DNA of 64,000 nt from Flaccisagitta enflata (GCA_965153355.1 OZ231126.1:37758001-37822000), one strand, 5' to 3'. Numbered from the stretch's first letter, positions 11,581 to 28,013 are shown. A program made the numbers and translations. Notes: generated by a model from the sequence alone, not told the origin.

Positions 11581-11748
11581 AAACGAAACAAAACCAATCA
11601 AAAAAATCATGAAAAAAAAGAAAAAAAATCAATAATGAAAAAGAAACAAAACGCAAATGACAACAAAATGAAGTAAAGTAAAAACAAGTCAAGGGCTGCT
11701 GCCCGAAGTGGGAAGATACAGTTTGTAACTGTAAGGGCATAAATAAAG

Positions 11749-11865
<117 letters not shown>

Positions 11866-13702
11866 AATGCAGAAGGCAGGGCTCCGACCAATTAAAAACC
11901 GGATCGCCCTTAACAAGCGAAAAATTTTAACTATTGCTAAATCTTCAAGACGAGAATGAATGAGCTAGAAACTTTTTTTTTCATTTTGACCCAACTTGTC
12001 TCGAAGTTGACACAACACTACAACTCGAACAGAGCGTGGGATGCTCTGAGGTAGAATATTGACAAAGGGTCATACACGCTCAATGATTTTTTTTCTCTAA
12101 GAAGGAAAGCAGTGAATAAGGACAAAAACAAAAAACAGTGACAAATAGAATACATCAAGAAGAAAAAAAGCCAATAAAATAAGTAATAAAACAACAATAC
12201 AACTCACTAAGCCCTAAAAGAACATGTTGATTCTCACAAATTACGTCGCGATTTCCTCATTTCCGATTTCGTCATCGCTGCATCGTCACATCGAACAATT
12301 ATCCGGTCGGTCGCTTTCTTTTCATGTCGGTTCTCTGAAACGCAACCCGCAGCGATCACTGCATACTTTAGCGCGCTGGAGAGCAAGATAAAGTGAGACA
12401 GGGATAGACCAATAGTAGTCGCTTTTTTAGGGGGGACCGGTCCAAGAAAGAAGTCGTGTCAAACTGTCGGGGGGTCTTTCCTTATCTCACTATTATTTTT
12501 CCCCGTCAAAAAAGACGACGACGACGACGATGATGATAATGATGACGACGACTAGGATGATAACTAAAATGACGGCGATGGCGATGACGGTGACGACGAT
12601 GAACATTTCTTGGTTAACGAAACTGCGCGTACGGACGGCCCGCTGCCAGTTTACATTCGGATAAACTTGGCTAAAATGCCAAAGAATCTTAAAAGGCCAT
12701 ATTCGTCAAGTAAAAAAACAACCCCAGAACAGTCGCCGACGGTTAGGCAGGGGCAATACTTAGGAAATACACATACTGGATACATAAATAGCTTAGACGA
12801 CTCCTTTGCCTTTGGGTGACTTTAGATACTATAAAAAGACAATAAATGCGACATTTTAAAAATGTTTCGGATGGACAGAGGGACCGTCACTAAAAAGAAA
12901 AACCCGAAAAGCGTGTTATTTTATTCCTTGATACTAATGTGACAGATTACAGCAATGTTTTCAAAAGTTTATAAATACCATTTTCCAACCACGATGTGCA
13001 TAACAAGGATCTTCCTCCGTCTGCACGCATACCTGCATTAAATGACGCAATACGTTTTATCTGGTAACACTGCCATGGGCCGGGTTCACTATTTGAGGGT
13101 GTTCACTGACGTGTGACTTGGATATTCTCATAACATCGTAGGGTAAACTCTAGGTGTGTACCGTAGAAAAGAGTTTTTGATGAATTAATAAACAGACTGA
13201 CGGACTCATCAGCGGGTAAAAAAAACTGAGTACATAAAGTTGCGTGCATGTGATGAAAAAACAGTTTGAAAAAAAAAGTTTGATAATTTTTCGCCCGGAA
13301 AGATGCAATTAAAGTTCACTCAATTTAACTCTTCCCATTTCGTCTCTGTGATGGAGAGAGAGAGAGAGAGATGAATAACTTCATAACTCTAATGCCGTTG
13401 AACCGAAATTGTTCTTGGTTCAAAAAGGAAGAAAACATTCCTTGACACTCGCAGAAATATTGCCCCCGAAATGGTTTCGTTGAAACGATCTTTGGAAATA
13501 AATGAAGCTGAAACGCCAGAAAACTTGGATAATTTTGTCTAACGCTCCACTCGAACTCGAATCGGATCGCTACCATGACGTTTCTGTTTACCTTCAGAAT
13601 TATTTATGATATTGTCTCATTTAACAATGTACTGGAAAACATCTATGACATACTGAATATTACAGCAGAAAGTAATCCTGAATGCATAACCAAGGGATGA
13701 GG

Positions 13703-13790
<88 letters not shown>

Positions 13791-13801
13791 ACACACACAG
13801 A

Positions 13802-13836
<35 letters not shown>

Positions 13837-15633
13837 AGACAGAGACAGAGAGAGAGACTGTCTGTTCCCCACTCATGAGTTCTACCGCATCGTGCCTCAA
13901 GCTATGATAGACGAATAGACAATAACATGACAGAACTCGACGCGTTGTCAACTCGTTGACATGTTTCTTATCTTTATCAAACTTGGTGGTCGTGTGCCAA
14001 TCGTCGCCGATCGATTATCCTTGAATCTCTATTTGATGGTTGAGTCAAGTACAAAGAGTTAGAAAACAATACAAGCTGAAGATGAGACAAATCGGCGCAA
14101 TTGAAGACCGAGATGATCCTTAATCCGATTATTTCTAGTCTTAATTCGAGTGATTCCGCTAAACGAATAAACCAAAATGAAAGTCTAGTAACCGTTAATG
14201 ATCCACTGCGATCCCAAAACACTCGAGGCTAGATGCGCAAACTTTCGCGTAAGCAGAGCAGGCAATATATCTTTTTAGTTTAAAGATGCAAGTAAGGGGT
14301 GGTGTTGGGCATAGGGTGGGGCTAAGGGGTTTTTCAATGGGGTAAGAGTGGGTTTATGGTGTTTGGGCATACGGTTAGGATTTGGGGTTTTAGTGAGTTT
14401 TTAGTGGGGTTGTATGGCCGAGTGTGGACCAAAGGTTATGGTTAAGAGTGAGTTTAGGGTGACGTTTAGTGGTGCATTTTCATTTGGCGTCCTTGAAGTA
14501 GCTAGTTTTTTTTCTCAAGCACGACTTTTTCAAAGTGATAGCCCTTTGTCATTTCTTTTTTTTGGCAAATGAATTAGGTTCATGATCTAATGGTACTTAA
14601 ATTCACGGATATCCTCAATGATCGCGTCCTTCTCAACTTTCTCCTAGACTCTTTCGGCTATCGTCGTTTTGTTCTCTTTCTCTGTTTCGCCTTTCAAATA
14701 AAAATCAGAAATCGATTTAACGTGATATGCAATGCCATAGCAGCCCAACCGACCAACATGGGCCGCATTTTTAGGGTTACGTTGCTTGCAACAAAAAATT
14801 AAAGCCACTTTCTTGGGCACTCTAAAAATTCTTTTTTTTTTGTACTGAACATTTAATAACAATTCCTCAACATGGGAACATCATTAGTTGTAAACTTGTA
14901 ACCAAATCAAGTCTACCTTGAAAAAGACCGGGTACACCGGCCATGATGGTGAGCCTGGCCATTTGAATTCCTAGGCCTATCCCAAGCTCTGTACCCCTAG
15001 CCCTATCCCAAGCTCTATCCTGAGCTGTATGATCTGAGACCAATCCTAGGCTCTATCAGATCTAACCGTAGATAATGAATGAAATGATGAGGAACATGAA
15101 TGATGATCTAGATGAATTTTCAAGTGATTTCAAACATTTTCTGCGATTTTTCCACCGAGCGTGAGCGACAGACAAAGCGACGAACGGATTGTTGCTATGG
15201 CGCACCTTGAAACCAGGGGGGGCGGTAGGGTACCCAACATGCCGTAAGAATTAATTTTTTTCTGGTTTCCCATCAATTCGTGTCTAACTAAGAAGTGAAA
15301 AGAACCCTTACACATCTTAGGCTGCCTGCCTCCTCTGCCTAGAAACGATCATTTTCAAAAATGGTTACTCTATTGAACGGTGAAGTACACCATGATTGGC
15401 CGACCCGACTAGAGTTGATAAGATACATTAGTAATCGGAGCACCAAAAAGAGAAAAAGGTTTGCGTGCTGGGCTGGGGCAGTGATCGTTCTGGACGCTTT
15501 GCTCGTCGCTCATATAAATGCTTTCTTTCGGCCTTGTTGTACGGCGAGAACCATGAGACACTCAATTTCCTGCCTCTCAAAAACAAGTAAATCGCGTCGT
15601 TATTTTATTTTTTTTTATTCACCCGGGTTCTCT

Positions 15634-15705
<72 letters not shown>

Positions 15706-15785
15706 TTCTTAATTCTTTCTCCATTGTTTACGTCCTCTATCTACCACTCCATACATAGTCCATGTGCTTTTTTGATGCCGTCACT

Positions 15786-16914
15786 CACCATGCATCCTGG
15801 CGACCGCCAGGACGATTTTTGGATTACTGTAGGTTTCTCTTAAGTTTGGTACAGTCCACATGTGCAGGAATCCAGATCCAACCATTAAAAAATATTTCAT
15901 CTGGCACTTTTGAAAAAAAATGACATTTTGTAAAAATGTGTTGCATATGCAATATATGTTGCATACGCGAAGCACATGTGTTGCATATGCGACATGTGTT
16001 GCATATGCGAAGTACAGGTGTTGCATATGCGACATATGTTGCATATGCGAAGCACATGCATTGTGTTTGCATTGTCTGTTACATATGTGAAGTGCATTAG
16101 AGCTAAGTGGTTGAGCTTTGTGGTGGTGGGGTGGTAGGTAAGGGTTGTGTATGGGGGCGGCTGGGTATAGTGGAGTAAGTATAGTGGATAAGTATTTTAC
16201 AGGTTTTCTTCTTCAAATTCCCACTATCAACCCACCAAACCACCCCCCCCCATTTTATTTATCACCGATTTTGAATCCCTGTAGGTGGAGTACAATTGAA
16301 ATTACTCTTTTTAGATAGAAAAGATCCAAAGATGTCCATCATGAGGATTCAGACTTTTTCCCCTCTTGATTTTTTTAAGGATTGGGCAAAATCGTTTCTA
16401 TTTTTAGGTGGGCTGGGAAGATAGGAGAGTACTGAGTTCTTCTTTCAAATTCAGTATATGAATAAACCCCACCACTCCACCCCACTGTTCCACCCCATCG
16501 CTGACCTTGTGCCACTTGTTTAATATTTAATCTATCGTCTGTCTGTCTGTGTCTGTCTGTCTCTGTCTGTCTCTCTCTTCTCTCTCTCTCTCTTTCTCTC
16601 TCTTTTGTATAACATAGCAACACAAGTATGTTGCATATGCAACATATTTTGCATATGCAGCACATGCATTTTGCATTGGCAACATATGTTGCATAAGCAA
16701 CATATGTTGCATATGCAACACATGTACTTCGCATATGCAACGTATGTTGCATATGCAACATATTTTCTTAATAAGAGATTTTTTTTCAAAAAGTGCCAGA
16801 TGAAATATTTTTTAATGGTTGGGTCTTGATTCCTGCATGTGAGGATTAAACCAAACTGAAGAGAAACTTACAGTAATCCAAAAATTGTCCCGGCGGTTCC
16901 CAGGATTCATGGTG
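15786..16914. mobile_element. Foldback DNA transposon, CAC..GTG termini, 4-bp TSD (Chapaev/CMC-like)
   Basis: About 140-bp TIRs (CACCATGCATCCTGG...CCAGGATTCATGGTG); CACT on both flanks; subterminal arrays of palindromic TTGCATATGC. Confidence 0.8.
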
Positions 16915-16932
16915 CACTCTCATTATATCCAT

Positions 16933-16972
<40 letters not shown>

Positions 16973-17113
16973 GCGTTATAAACGAACGTTTGTACTTGTT
17001 GTTACGGTGGGACGTGGCTAACGTTGAGTCATTTTGAGTTAGCTGGTTTCGGTCGTAACCGTCTCAGCGACAACCCAGCTTCCTAGCGCGCGTCGTCTAA
17101 GAGTCACTTAATT

Positions 17114-17152
<39 letters not shown>

Positions 17153-18387
17153 TCCCACCCTATAATCATGGAGGCCAGGTACAGATCGGGTTTGACTCCC
17201 ATGGCGCGCCCTTGGGGTCGTGGACCTGCTGTATGTACACACGGGCATATTTGCGGAACAAAAACTTGTGTTTTTCTAGACTTTCGTGAGCATTCCTCGC
17301 TATTCTTGGTAATAACGAACCGTTAAAATTATATGCCCTCATCTTTCTGTCCGTGGGTAGGTTGTGCATATGATGAATCTACTATTTATTCCTTCGATCA
17401 AATTGCCTTTGACCATGAGTTTTAGAATTTACCCCATTATTTTTTTAGTCTTAAAAAGTCTAGTCATACTTTATGCACGTATATACGCGTTGTCAATAAT
17501 TTTGATTCTTCAGCTATGGTTTTCCAAATTGGTAGTATCCCAACAATGTTACGTATCAATATCTTTATTTTGTACACCTTTACCGGTCTGAGGGCGATTT
17601 TAACAAATATTAAACGTTTCTCTCAATCTAAGTTGACTCAGATTCTATCATTTGATCGTTTTGAACGTGAATCTTCGTCAAACCGTTATTCTGACTTTTG
17701 AAACTCAATGAGAGCGAATAACAACGCTTCAAAGTTCAAATGAATCGTTTCATCAAAAGCGTATTCCAACTTGTATACGCATACTCGTACGAGTACACGT
17801 ATGTCCGTCGGTTTGTACGTCCATAAATGCCCCTATGTCTGTAATGCTTCTTAGTCGCGACTACACCTTGCCGTGTCCGTCCGTCCGTCGGTCCGTCCGT
17901 CGTCCTCGTCATTTTTTGCTTTTTAATCCCTATTATGATAGTGTGCAGATTTGTCATGAGTTGTTGGTCTAATCTCCAAATATTTGCGAAGGATCTATAC
18001 GGCCCAAGATGTATGAGTCAGAGTCAGCCACAAAAATCAGTTTACCTTTTTTTTGTCCCACAGCTCCTGGATTTGTTTCCTTTCCGTTTCTTATCTGTGA
18101 CAGTCATTCTTTTGACGTCGGATTTTTTTTTTGTCTCCGCAAAATTTTGTCTCCTTCTTTTCACTAACAAATGCCCTTTTCCCCCTTTTCCATGGATTGT
18201 ATGCAGTGTTACCTTCGTCTTTTTCGACTTTTTTGCTTTCGTTTAATTTGCCCTGTCATCGATTTTTGTGACGTACCTCCTATTTGCTTCAAGAAAAACA
18301 CAGGAATTTTGAAAGGTGTCATATTCACAAATTGTGTGCTTTCTTGTAGTGCTTTGACTGCAACTATTACTCTCTCTCTCTTTCTCT

Positions 18388-18466
<79 letters not shown>

Positions 18467-21400
18467 TAGCCCCTAAACATCATTTTGAAAAACATGTCTT
18501 TTGATTGTGTATTACGTGACTCTACAAGCCACTTTGTCTGTCGGTCCGTCCGTTCGTCCATTCGTGGGTCTTTCACACCTGTTTTTTTTCTTCTTCTTCT
18601 TTTCGCATTTTTAATTCAAGAGAATTGAATTTCGGTAAACAAACAACTAACTGAACGGTTTGACGTTTTCTTTTGTCCCTTTGTCCGTCAGTCTGTGTGT
18701 TGGTTTGTTTGACAATCTGACTCTTTCTGTATGTGCCGACGCACACGACGTTGGTCCAATGACCAATCGTTTGTAAGACCATTTCCAAGTAAGCTCTATT
18801 TCTATCTCCCTTGTACTCAACTTCTTCCCGCTTTTCCTTTTCTCTGTCATTTGTAACTCATTCTTTGTTTCTCTTACGCTTCCGACTTTGTTCCCAAAAA
18901 CATTGAAATTGTTTTCAAATGTTTGGTTTTTGTTTTACTTTTTCCTTATCGTCGCCAAAGTTTTCTATTCGTAGTTCTTCGTTCCTTAAATCCAAAAAAG
19001 AGAAAAAAATATCGCCAGTCATTCTTTTTTTTGGAAAACAAAAGTTATAAGCTTGCTTTTTTCAGACGAAATGCACTGGACTGTTTAGGTCACCGTGCTG
19101 TTTCGTTGGTTGGTCGATCGATAGGTCTAAACAAGCTTTCAAGTAGCCATAGGCCATAATCACAATGCGTCTTCCCGATGGCATATTTTCGACTGTGCGT
19201 CGATGCATTTGCCCATCTGTCCATCTGCACATCGACCTATCGTTTTTCAAAATTACATGATACATTGCATATTTGTGCTTGCACCATATTCCAAAAAAAA
19301 AAAAAAAAAAAAAAAAAAGAACAAAAAGAAAAAAAATCTACTAACCTGAAAATAAGCGTTCACTGCAAATTGCACAGACCTACAACAACCATTTTATTGT
19401 GTTGTTAAAACGCGATCGAATTTGCTTGCTTTATTCTTTGATATTCGATTTTTTATGTTATTATCACAAGAAAAAGGAATTTCCAGGATTCATGATGCCG
19501 CTCTATTCACTATATAAAATCGACGTCAATTTGTACATCGTCGGGACGCAACAGTGAAATAACAAAGATAATGAAATGATTATCTTTTTCTGTTTCCTTT
19601 CTTTGAAACTTTTTTTTTCTCAGGCTGGTTTTCTGTCTGCCAACCAAAAAGAATTGAATCAAGAAAGGGGGGCATCTACTTCCATCAATCAACTTTAGCC
19701 ATCATTCATAATCTTGCGTTTTTGAGTCCAAAGAAAAAAAAAAGGAAACAACAACAACGAAAAATGGATCTAGAAATAACAAGTTCAGGAGAAGAACGTC
19801 GCGTGCATCTTAATTTTTGAAGAACTGAAAAAAAAATTGAAAAAAAATTCATTGTATTAAAAACTCTGTCCAGAGTACACTTACAAAAAAAAAGTGAATA
19901 TGTATGACTGACTGAGCTATGGATAATGGCCGGACGGACAGATGGACGGACGGAGGGATGGATGTATGGAGCAATGGCTGAATGGATAAATGGATAGACA
20001 GACAGACTGACACACGAATAGATGGATAGATGGTCGGACGGACGGAAGGACCACTAGAGTCGCGTAGCAAGCGACTAAAAATAACTTTTTCTCCTCGTAA
20101 AATTCTTGAGCGTTTATCTCAGAACATAAGAAATCAGTCATACGCGGCCTCAAGTCGCTGCCGTTGTTGGAAAATCCTTTTCTTCGCATACACGCGACTC
20201 AGTAAGTCATGATTTTCTATTTGTCGGTTAGGTGCTTTTGAAACTTTAAAAAGATAATATATGACATGTGTTCACACAAAAGTGTTTAATGTCTTTTTAC
20301 CCACACACTAGCGCCCCTTTTCATTTGAGAATACTTCTTTATGTAGCGTTTTCACAATAGATGCTTCTTGAAATTTTAGAAATAACATCTTAATTATATC
20401 CGAGTGGTGCTTAAATCCCTTTTTTTTCCATCTAAACACTGGAATACACCGACATTTTTTTCCCAATATTTAAGATCATTTGATTCATCATCTTTCAACA
20501 AAAGATTGTTCTGGGGAGCAAAAAGAGGAGCGGGGGGGGGGGGTCTTTATTGAGAGGGGGACGATAAATGGAGACAAAATCGCCATCCCCATCGCGATCC
20601 TTGTCAAAGATTTTACATGTATGGCCTTGGCCAATGTTTTCCCACTTCCTTTTTTCACCCTCTGGCATAAATCGTTTTCTTCTTTTTTTAAACTCGTCAA
20701 CGTCGAAGTTCCGCATTTCCGCGCATTCACCAAAAACAAATTGGATTTACTTTCGCCGGTCGCGTTTCCTTCAACGAAAGAGACAGAGAGAGAGAAAGAC
20801 TGCGTGTGCGTTCAAAGATAGTTTTTTTTTTTTAATCGACGATGTTCATAAAGAACGACGATATCAATAACATCAAAAACAAACAATACAATCATCAAAA
20901 TCAACAGCAGTTGAACGATTTTTAAAATAAACATCAACGACTAGAATTTCAACTATTTTAACAAAATCACCAACCAAATAAACTGCCATCGGCTCAACAG
21001 TTGAAGGAAGCGGCAAGTCGCATGCAGCATGCAGGATGCAGCAGCTTTAGTCGTTCACACTTTCGGGTATGTTATTTTTCGCTATCTCTCTTAATGTACA
21101 TTTTCCGTTGTTGAAATCATCTTTTCGAAATCCGCGCCTTGTTGCCTGTGGCATCCTCTTCAACAAAGTTTTCTGGCTTTCTAGCTCAGTCGTTCTTTCT
21201 ACTTTTGCCCATCTGTCAGTTCGTCACGTTAAAGAAAAATGCCAAAAAATTGAGTTTGAAAACTGGGCTTTTTCTCTTTTTCCAGACTGAATATAGGCCA
21301 AAATTGGTTCCGTCTTGACTCGACTGACGTTAGGCAAAAACGAGTCCCAACTGCCACGAAAAAAGGAAATATGGGAGAATCTGTGTTTGTGATAAGGGGG

Positions 21401-21472
21401 AGGGGGGAAGGGCGGGGCTGGGGGTGCAGGGGGGGAGGCGGAATGGGAAGAGACGCCGAAGGGAAGGAGATT

Positions 21473-21559
<87 letters not shown>

Positions 21560-21651
21560 TTAGCGCGCGCCGAGATAATGTAATACAAATGCACCGCCAA
21601 ATTTCATTAGCTGCATGTCCATCTGTTGATTAAGTCTGTCTGTTATGTATT

Positions 21652-21891
21652 TTCAGTCGCTTGCTAAGCGACTTTATAGGAGAGTGTGTCCGTAGGTCCG
21701 CCCGTAGGAAGGCCCGTTTAGCGAAATTTTAGATGACGCAAAATTGGTTTAAATAGTGATTTCTGAGCATCACTGTCCCAGCCCCGCCACTTTACAGCTC
21801 CCACCCACCCACATACTGTCCCTAACCACTTGAATGACTGTCCCTGCCCACCTGCAAGCGACGTTGTATAAGCCATGTATCCGGCCTTGTT
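21652..21891 (+). mobile_element. HINE family A variant
   Basis: AGTCGCTTGCTAAGCGACT 5' hairpin, GCAAGCGAC 3' subTIR, TGTATCCGGCCTTGTT end. Confidence 0.75.
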
Positions 21892-22344
21892 TAATTGTGA
21901 TATTACTATGTTACGGATCCTTGCTTCCTTCTTTGATCCACTTCCGCTTTTACTACCCAATACTATGCCAACAACATGCGTAACCCGGTCATGTGCCAAA
22001 GGCCAATTGCTAGATTCATAGGCACACGTTGGACCAACGGGTACGGTCTAGTAGGCCTAAGATACTTTGTACTAGGGTTTTATTGTCCTAGGGTTTAACT
22101 GTCCTAAGGTCTATTAGACCTAGAGTCTATAAGTACTAGGGTTTACTAGTCCTAACTGACAGGGCCGACTAGTCCTAAAGGAAATGAATGAGGAGGGTCT
22201 GATAGACCTAACAGAAGGGTTTTTGAGTACTAAGGTGTGGTAGTTCTAAGGTTGACTAGGCCTAAGGGAGCAGGTCTACTAGTCCTAACTGATAGTTGAT
22301 TTATGCCTAAAAAAGGTTTTAGGACTAGGAAACCATGTCATAAC

Positions 22345-23222
22345 ATTAGGACTAATAGACCCTGGCTTAGGGTTTGTTAGTCCTAAGCAAGAAGGGGCAA
22401 ATCAAGAATTTAGGTCCAGTAAACCCTGTAACAGGGTTTACTAGTCCTAATATGGAGATTTTGTACTTGAAGGTCGATCTCCTCATTAGGACTAATAGAC
22501 CCTGGCTTAAGGTTTTTTTTTCCTAAGCAAGAAGGGGCAAATCAAGGACTTAGGTCTAATAAACCCTGTGACAGGGTTTACTAGTCCTAATATGGAGACT
22601 ATGTACTTGAAGGTTAATCTCCTCATTTGGACTTACAGACACTGGCTTAGGGATTGTTAGTCCCAAGCAAGAAGGGGCAAATCAAGGACTTAGGTCTAAT
22701 AAACCCTGTGACAGGGTTTACTAGTCCTAATATGGAGATTATGTACTTGAAGGTTGATCTCCTTATTAGGACTAACTGACCCTGGCTTAGGGTTTGTTAG
22801 TCCTAAGCAAGAAGGGGAAAATCAAGTATTTAGGTCTAGTAAACCCTGTCACAGGGTTTACTAGTCCTAATATGGAGATTTTGTACTTGAAGGTTGATCT
22901 CCTTATTAGGACTAATAGACCCTGGCTTAGGGTTTGTTAAACCTAAGCAGGAAGGGGCAAATCAAGAATTTAGGTCTAGTAAACCCTGTCACAGGGTTTA
23001 CTACTCCTAATATGGATATTTTGTACTTATGGGTTGTTCTCCTCATTAGGACTAACAGACCCTGGCTACGGGTCCACTAGTCCTAAGCAAGAAGGGGCAA
23101 ATCAAGTAGTTAGGACTAGCAAACCCTGTTAGAGGGTTTATTAGTCCTAATAAACAAATTCTGTATATGTAAGTTGATCTCCTTATTAGGACTTATAGAC
23201 CCTGGCTAAGGGTCTATTAGAC
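22345..23222. repeat. 140-bp tandem satellite, 6 full units plus a partial, each with hairpins
   Basis: ATTAGGACT.A.AGAC unit starts every 140 bp (22345, 22485 ... 23185); contains the hairpin TAAACCCTGTCACAGGGTTTA. Confidence 0.95.
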
Positions 23223-23226
23223 AGTC

Positions 23227-24143
<917 letters not shown>

Positions 24144-25566
24144 ATTAGACCTTAGCAAAAAAGGGCAAATCAAGTATCTAGGACTAGCAAACCCTGTTGC
24201 AGGGTTTACTTGTCCTAAAACCATGAAGTCACTTTGCTTCTTAGGACTAGTAAACCCTTGGTGGTACTGAGGGGAAGGTCTACTAGTCCTACTGATATTC
24301 AACCAGATCAGTGTCAGTCATGATAAAGATTGTCTTTAGGACTATAAAACCCCTCCCTTAGGACTAGAAGACCCAAAAATTTTTTTAGGACTAATGGACC
24401 TTAGAACTAATAGACCCAACATCCAAGTTGCTTATAGAATTAATAGACCTCTTAACTTAGGACTATCTAACCCTTTTAGGCCAATTGCTTTAGGACTAAC
24501 AAACTTAAGGTCTGAAAAGCCTTAGGACTATTTAGTCTTAGGACTAGTAGACCCAAGGACTAACGGGTCTTAGTACAAAGTATCTTAGGACTAATAGGAG
24601 GTTCCCGGACCAACCAACTGATGCAATCTCTTTAAGATATCCTTCGTCGCATATGAAAAGAAGCAAAGAAGCAAAGAATTCAGAAAACACGCCTTTGACG
24701 ATAGCTTTTCAACAAATAGTATACATGAAAAAAAAAGAAACAGAGAAGAAAAAAGGAAGAAAGAAGAAAGAATAAAGAAGAAATAGGAAGTATTTCCACC
24801 TGGGAAAATGTTATTTAGGTTCTGTCAAAGTCAACAAGATTTCTCGACTGACGCACGAAGAGATTTATTCCCTTTTCTTTTCTTTTTTCCTCATATTTTC
24901 TCCTGAATTTACCGGATGATGAGGAAGGGGAAGATGGAGGAAGTGGAGGAGAAAGAGGAAGGGCGGGGGATAGAGGGGGGGGGGGTAGTTTAGGGAGGAT
25001 GAAAAGGGGAAAGGAAGGCGGTAGATGGAGTAGGAGGAGGAGGGGAACGAAGAGAGGATAGACAAGGAATGGGTGGAAAGAAAGCTGCATGTTCATATCT
25101 ACCGCGGTCGAACATCGAGAGGGGTGTAAGTACTTAACAAGGATGAGGGTCTTTATCTTTAAAAAATCTTTACATGCTTCATTTTGTGACCCACGCTGGT
25201 ACTGTTTTCGAATTCGGTGATGTCTTTTGTTTTACCAACTTTCTAACTGGTTTTTCATTTAGGGTTAGGGGTAGGGTTAGGGTTCAGGTTGGGGTTGGGG
25301 GTGGTTTTAGGGTTTGGGTTAAGGTCAGGGCTAAGTGAGAGCCGGGTTGAATACATTTTAACCCGAATCTACTTGAATTAAATCAAGCTTCGCCCAAACG
25401 GGAAAACTCGATAAAAACAAAAGATCAGTATCGTCTTCGAAATTTCTTCCCTGACGCTTTGCCTTTATTAATTATTGCATTTACCTGTTAAGGTTAACAT
25501 TTCGTATGCATACATGTATAGATACATGATTATGCACATCAAATCAAATGAAATGTATTCTAGATA

Positions 25567-26000
25567 CACGCCGTATTTTTTATAAGAACACAGTTTTTTG
25601 AAGTGAGGCTCAGCGTTCTTATTTTTTGCCAATTTTCAGCCTCAAATGTTCTTAACCTGTTCTTATTTATGTAGCATGGAAGTTCTTTATCAGAGTTGCT
25701 AATTAGTCATATTCAATGAAATGAATATATTTTATTCTCAGTGTTTACAATTTTTGTTTATGTTAAGTCATGAAATTTAAAAAAATATAAATGATAAAAG
25801 TAATTAGTTGAATTGTTTAGGTTAGAGGATTCTGTACAACGTTTTTTCATTGTTTCCTCAAAAAATCATATAAAAGCGTACTGTAGAATTTATTTGTGCA
25901 AAAATCTGAGCCTAGGCACGTTCTTAGGATGTTCTTATTTTTTCACCATATCTGAGGCTGATGTTCTTATAAACAGTGTTCTTAGACAAAATACAGCGTG
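25567..26000. mobile_element. Tc1/mariner/pogo-type MITE
   Basis: TIR CACGCCGTATTTTTTATAAGAACAC vs GTGTTCTTAGACAAAATACAGCGTG; TA TSD. Confidence 0.75.
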
Positions 26001-28013
26001 TATTTGTCTTCATTGTTGCCAGTCCGTTTTAATTTTAGCATATTTTAATAAGCTGTACTTGTATGACAGAATGATGACCGGGTTGTCAATGTGCCTCTAG
26101 AAAGCTTGGAAGCCCATGATCCGGGATCGAAGAGGTATGATTTGTAAACGCTCATCATAGAAATTGGCAGTTTATGGGCTGGTCTAGAAAACTGTTCTAA
26201 AAGATGGTTTAGTTACAGAATTTTTTTTTTATTTAAAAGAAAGAAAGGAAAGGGGACTAGGTACAACAGGAGTGGAGGAGAAGGAAGAAGGTTGGGTAGA
26301 GAAATAGTAGGAGGGATTTTTGTCGTCGTCTTAGGCGCATAAAGAATATTAGAAAACTGGTTTTCCAAGAAATAATTTTCTCGAGCGTTGATTTTAATGA
26401 CGGCCTCTCGTGCGTAATGAACATTCTTTTTTGGCATTCTTTGGTGCATCGAAAACATGATATTAGGTACACGACTTTTTCCTCATCAAATCTTAAAAGA
26501 CTGCCAATTGCGCTTCACTCATTATACTGTGCTTTCATTCTCAGGCTTCTTTGAAAAAAAAAGGCTTTTTCCTCTCTTTTCTTCCGTCCTCTTCTTAATA
26601 CTTTATCGTCTTTGGCGGAGATAAGGTGGTCTTAAATTTTCCTTCTTGCACACAGGAGAAAAAAAGAGAGAGACAAAAAAAAGAGAACCACGATTCGAAT
26701 TAAAGATTCATTGACTTCCTCGTCTACCTCGTTCGGAGTTCGATTCTGGGAGGAAGATAGCAAGATAGACCAAATCCGGTCACAGAGACAGAGAGAGACA
26801 GAGAGAGACAGAGAGAGAGACAGAGATAGAGAGAGAGAGGGGGAGTGTGTGTGTGAGAGACAGACAGACAGAGACAGAGCAAAAAGAAGGAAAGAGACAG
26901 AAAGATAAAAGGTGGTACAGTGAAATATATTGATGTGAAGAAAGACTATGAATACCTGGTGGAATTATTATGGGGGACAAAAGGGGTAGGGAGGACTAGG
27001 TATAGTAATTGGATGAAATAGGCTGAGGACAACAACATAAGTCGGGGTGGAAACGAAGACAAAATTTGATTTTCAGTCACAATAGATTGTTATATATAGC
27101 TATACTAGTAGGTAATAAATTTTGAAATAAGTAACTTTAACTCCTGATTTCTTCAAGCATATAAAAAAATGATTACAATATAAAAAGTTTCTATTTCATG
27201 TTCATAAAGATCAAAGATTCTCCCAAAAACAAGAGGAAAAATTCAGAAAGTTGTTGGGTAAAATTATAATTCTGCTTCTAAATGTAAAATTTTGCATTTC
27301 TAAACACATGGCCCTCATCTTATGAGCCTTTAGAAAGACGCCATGTTTTGGAAAATTTCAATTTTTGAATCTTTATGCAAAGTTATAATTTTACCCAAGA
27401 CATGTCAGATTGTAAAATAAGATTTTTTTTGACGTTTATCCTTACATTTGACAGTTACTTTGGACACAAAAATGGTTTTTAATGCAAAACTAGTCTAAAT
27501 ACAGAGTTGTTATTATTTTTCATTGATGTAATATTTAGATTAACAATGTCTATGATATTGCTAAAAAATGTGTTGACTGATCAAATTTTGTCTTCGATTG
27601 CACCCCAACATAACTATTGAGGAAATGCTGTCAGCATAGATTCGGCCAAAGTCATGTCGGGAAAGACATATTGAGATAAAAGCGGTCGGGTGAGAGATAT
27701 CGAGAGGGAAAGACACGACGGGGTTTCCTATAACAGGAGAATGAAAGCATTCATGAAAAATAGAAATGGCGACGGTGTTTGAGCTGAGCATTGAGCTTTC
27801 GACGACAACTCCATCTATGACAGACGAGAGATAAAAGATAGATAGAGAGATGGAGAAAAAAAAAGACATGTGACTCGAATCAGATCTTTTCAGTTCAGGT
27901 TGTAAACAAAAAAAAAAAAAAAAAAAAAAAGAAAAAGATATGCACATCAATGTACTGCCATGTTCATGGCTTTGAAGATGAGCGAGAAAGTTAAAGTATA
28001 TTTAACAATGGGT

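Noticed and set aside
20495..20716. EF-hand-like IFDKDRDGDGDFVS in a short ORF
   Set aside because: Loop spacing is wrong, there is no second hand, and no supported exon structure.
22345..23222. CRISPR-like array of regularly spaced palindromes
   Set aside because: The sequences between palindromes are repeated, not unique spacers; no cas genes; eukaryotic transposon context.
25258..25335. Telomere-like TTAGGG repeats (also about 14290-14470)
   Set aside because: Few and degenerate; not enough to call an interstitial telomere.
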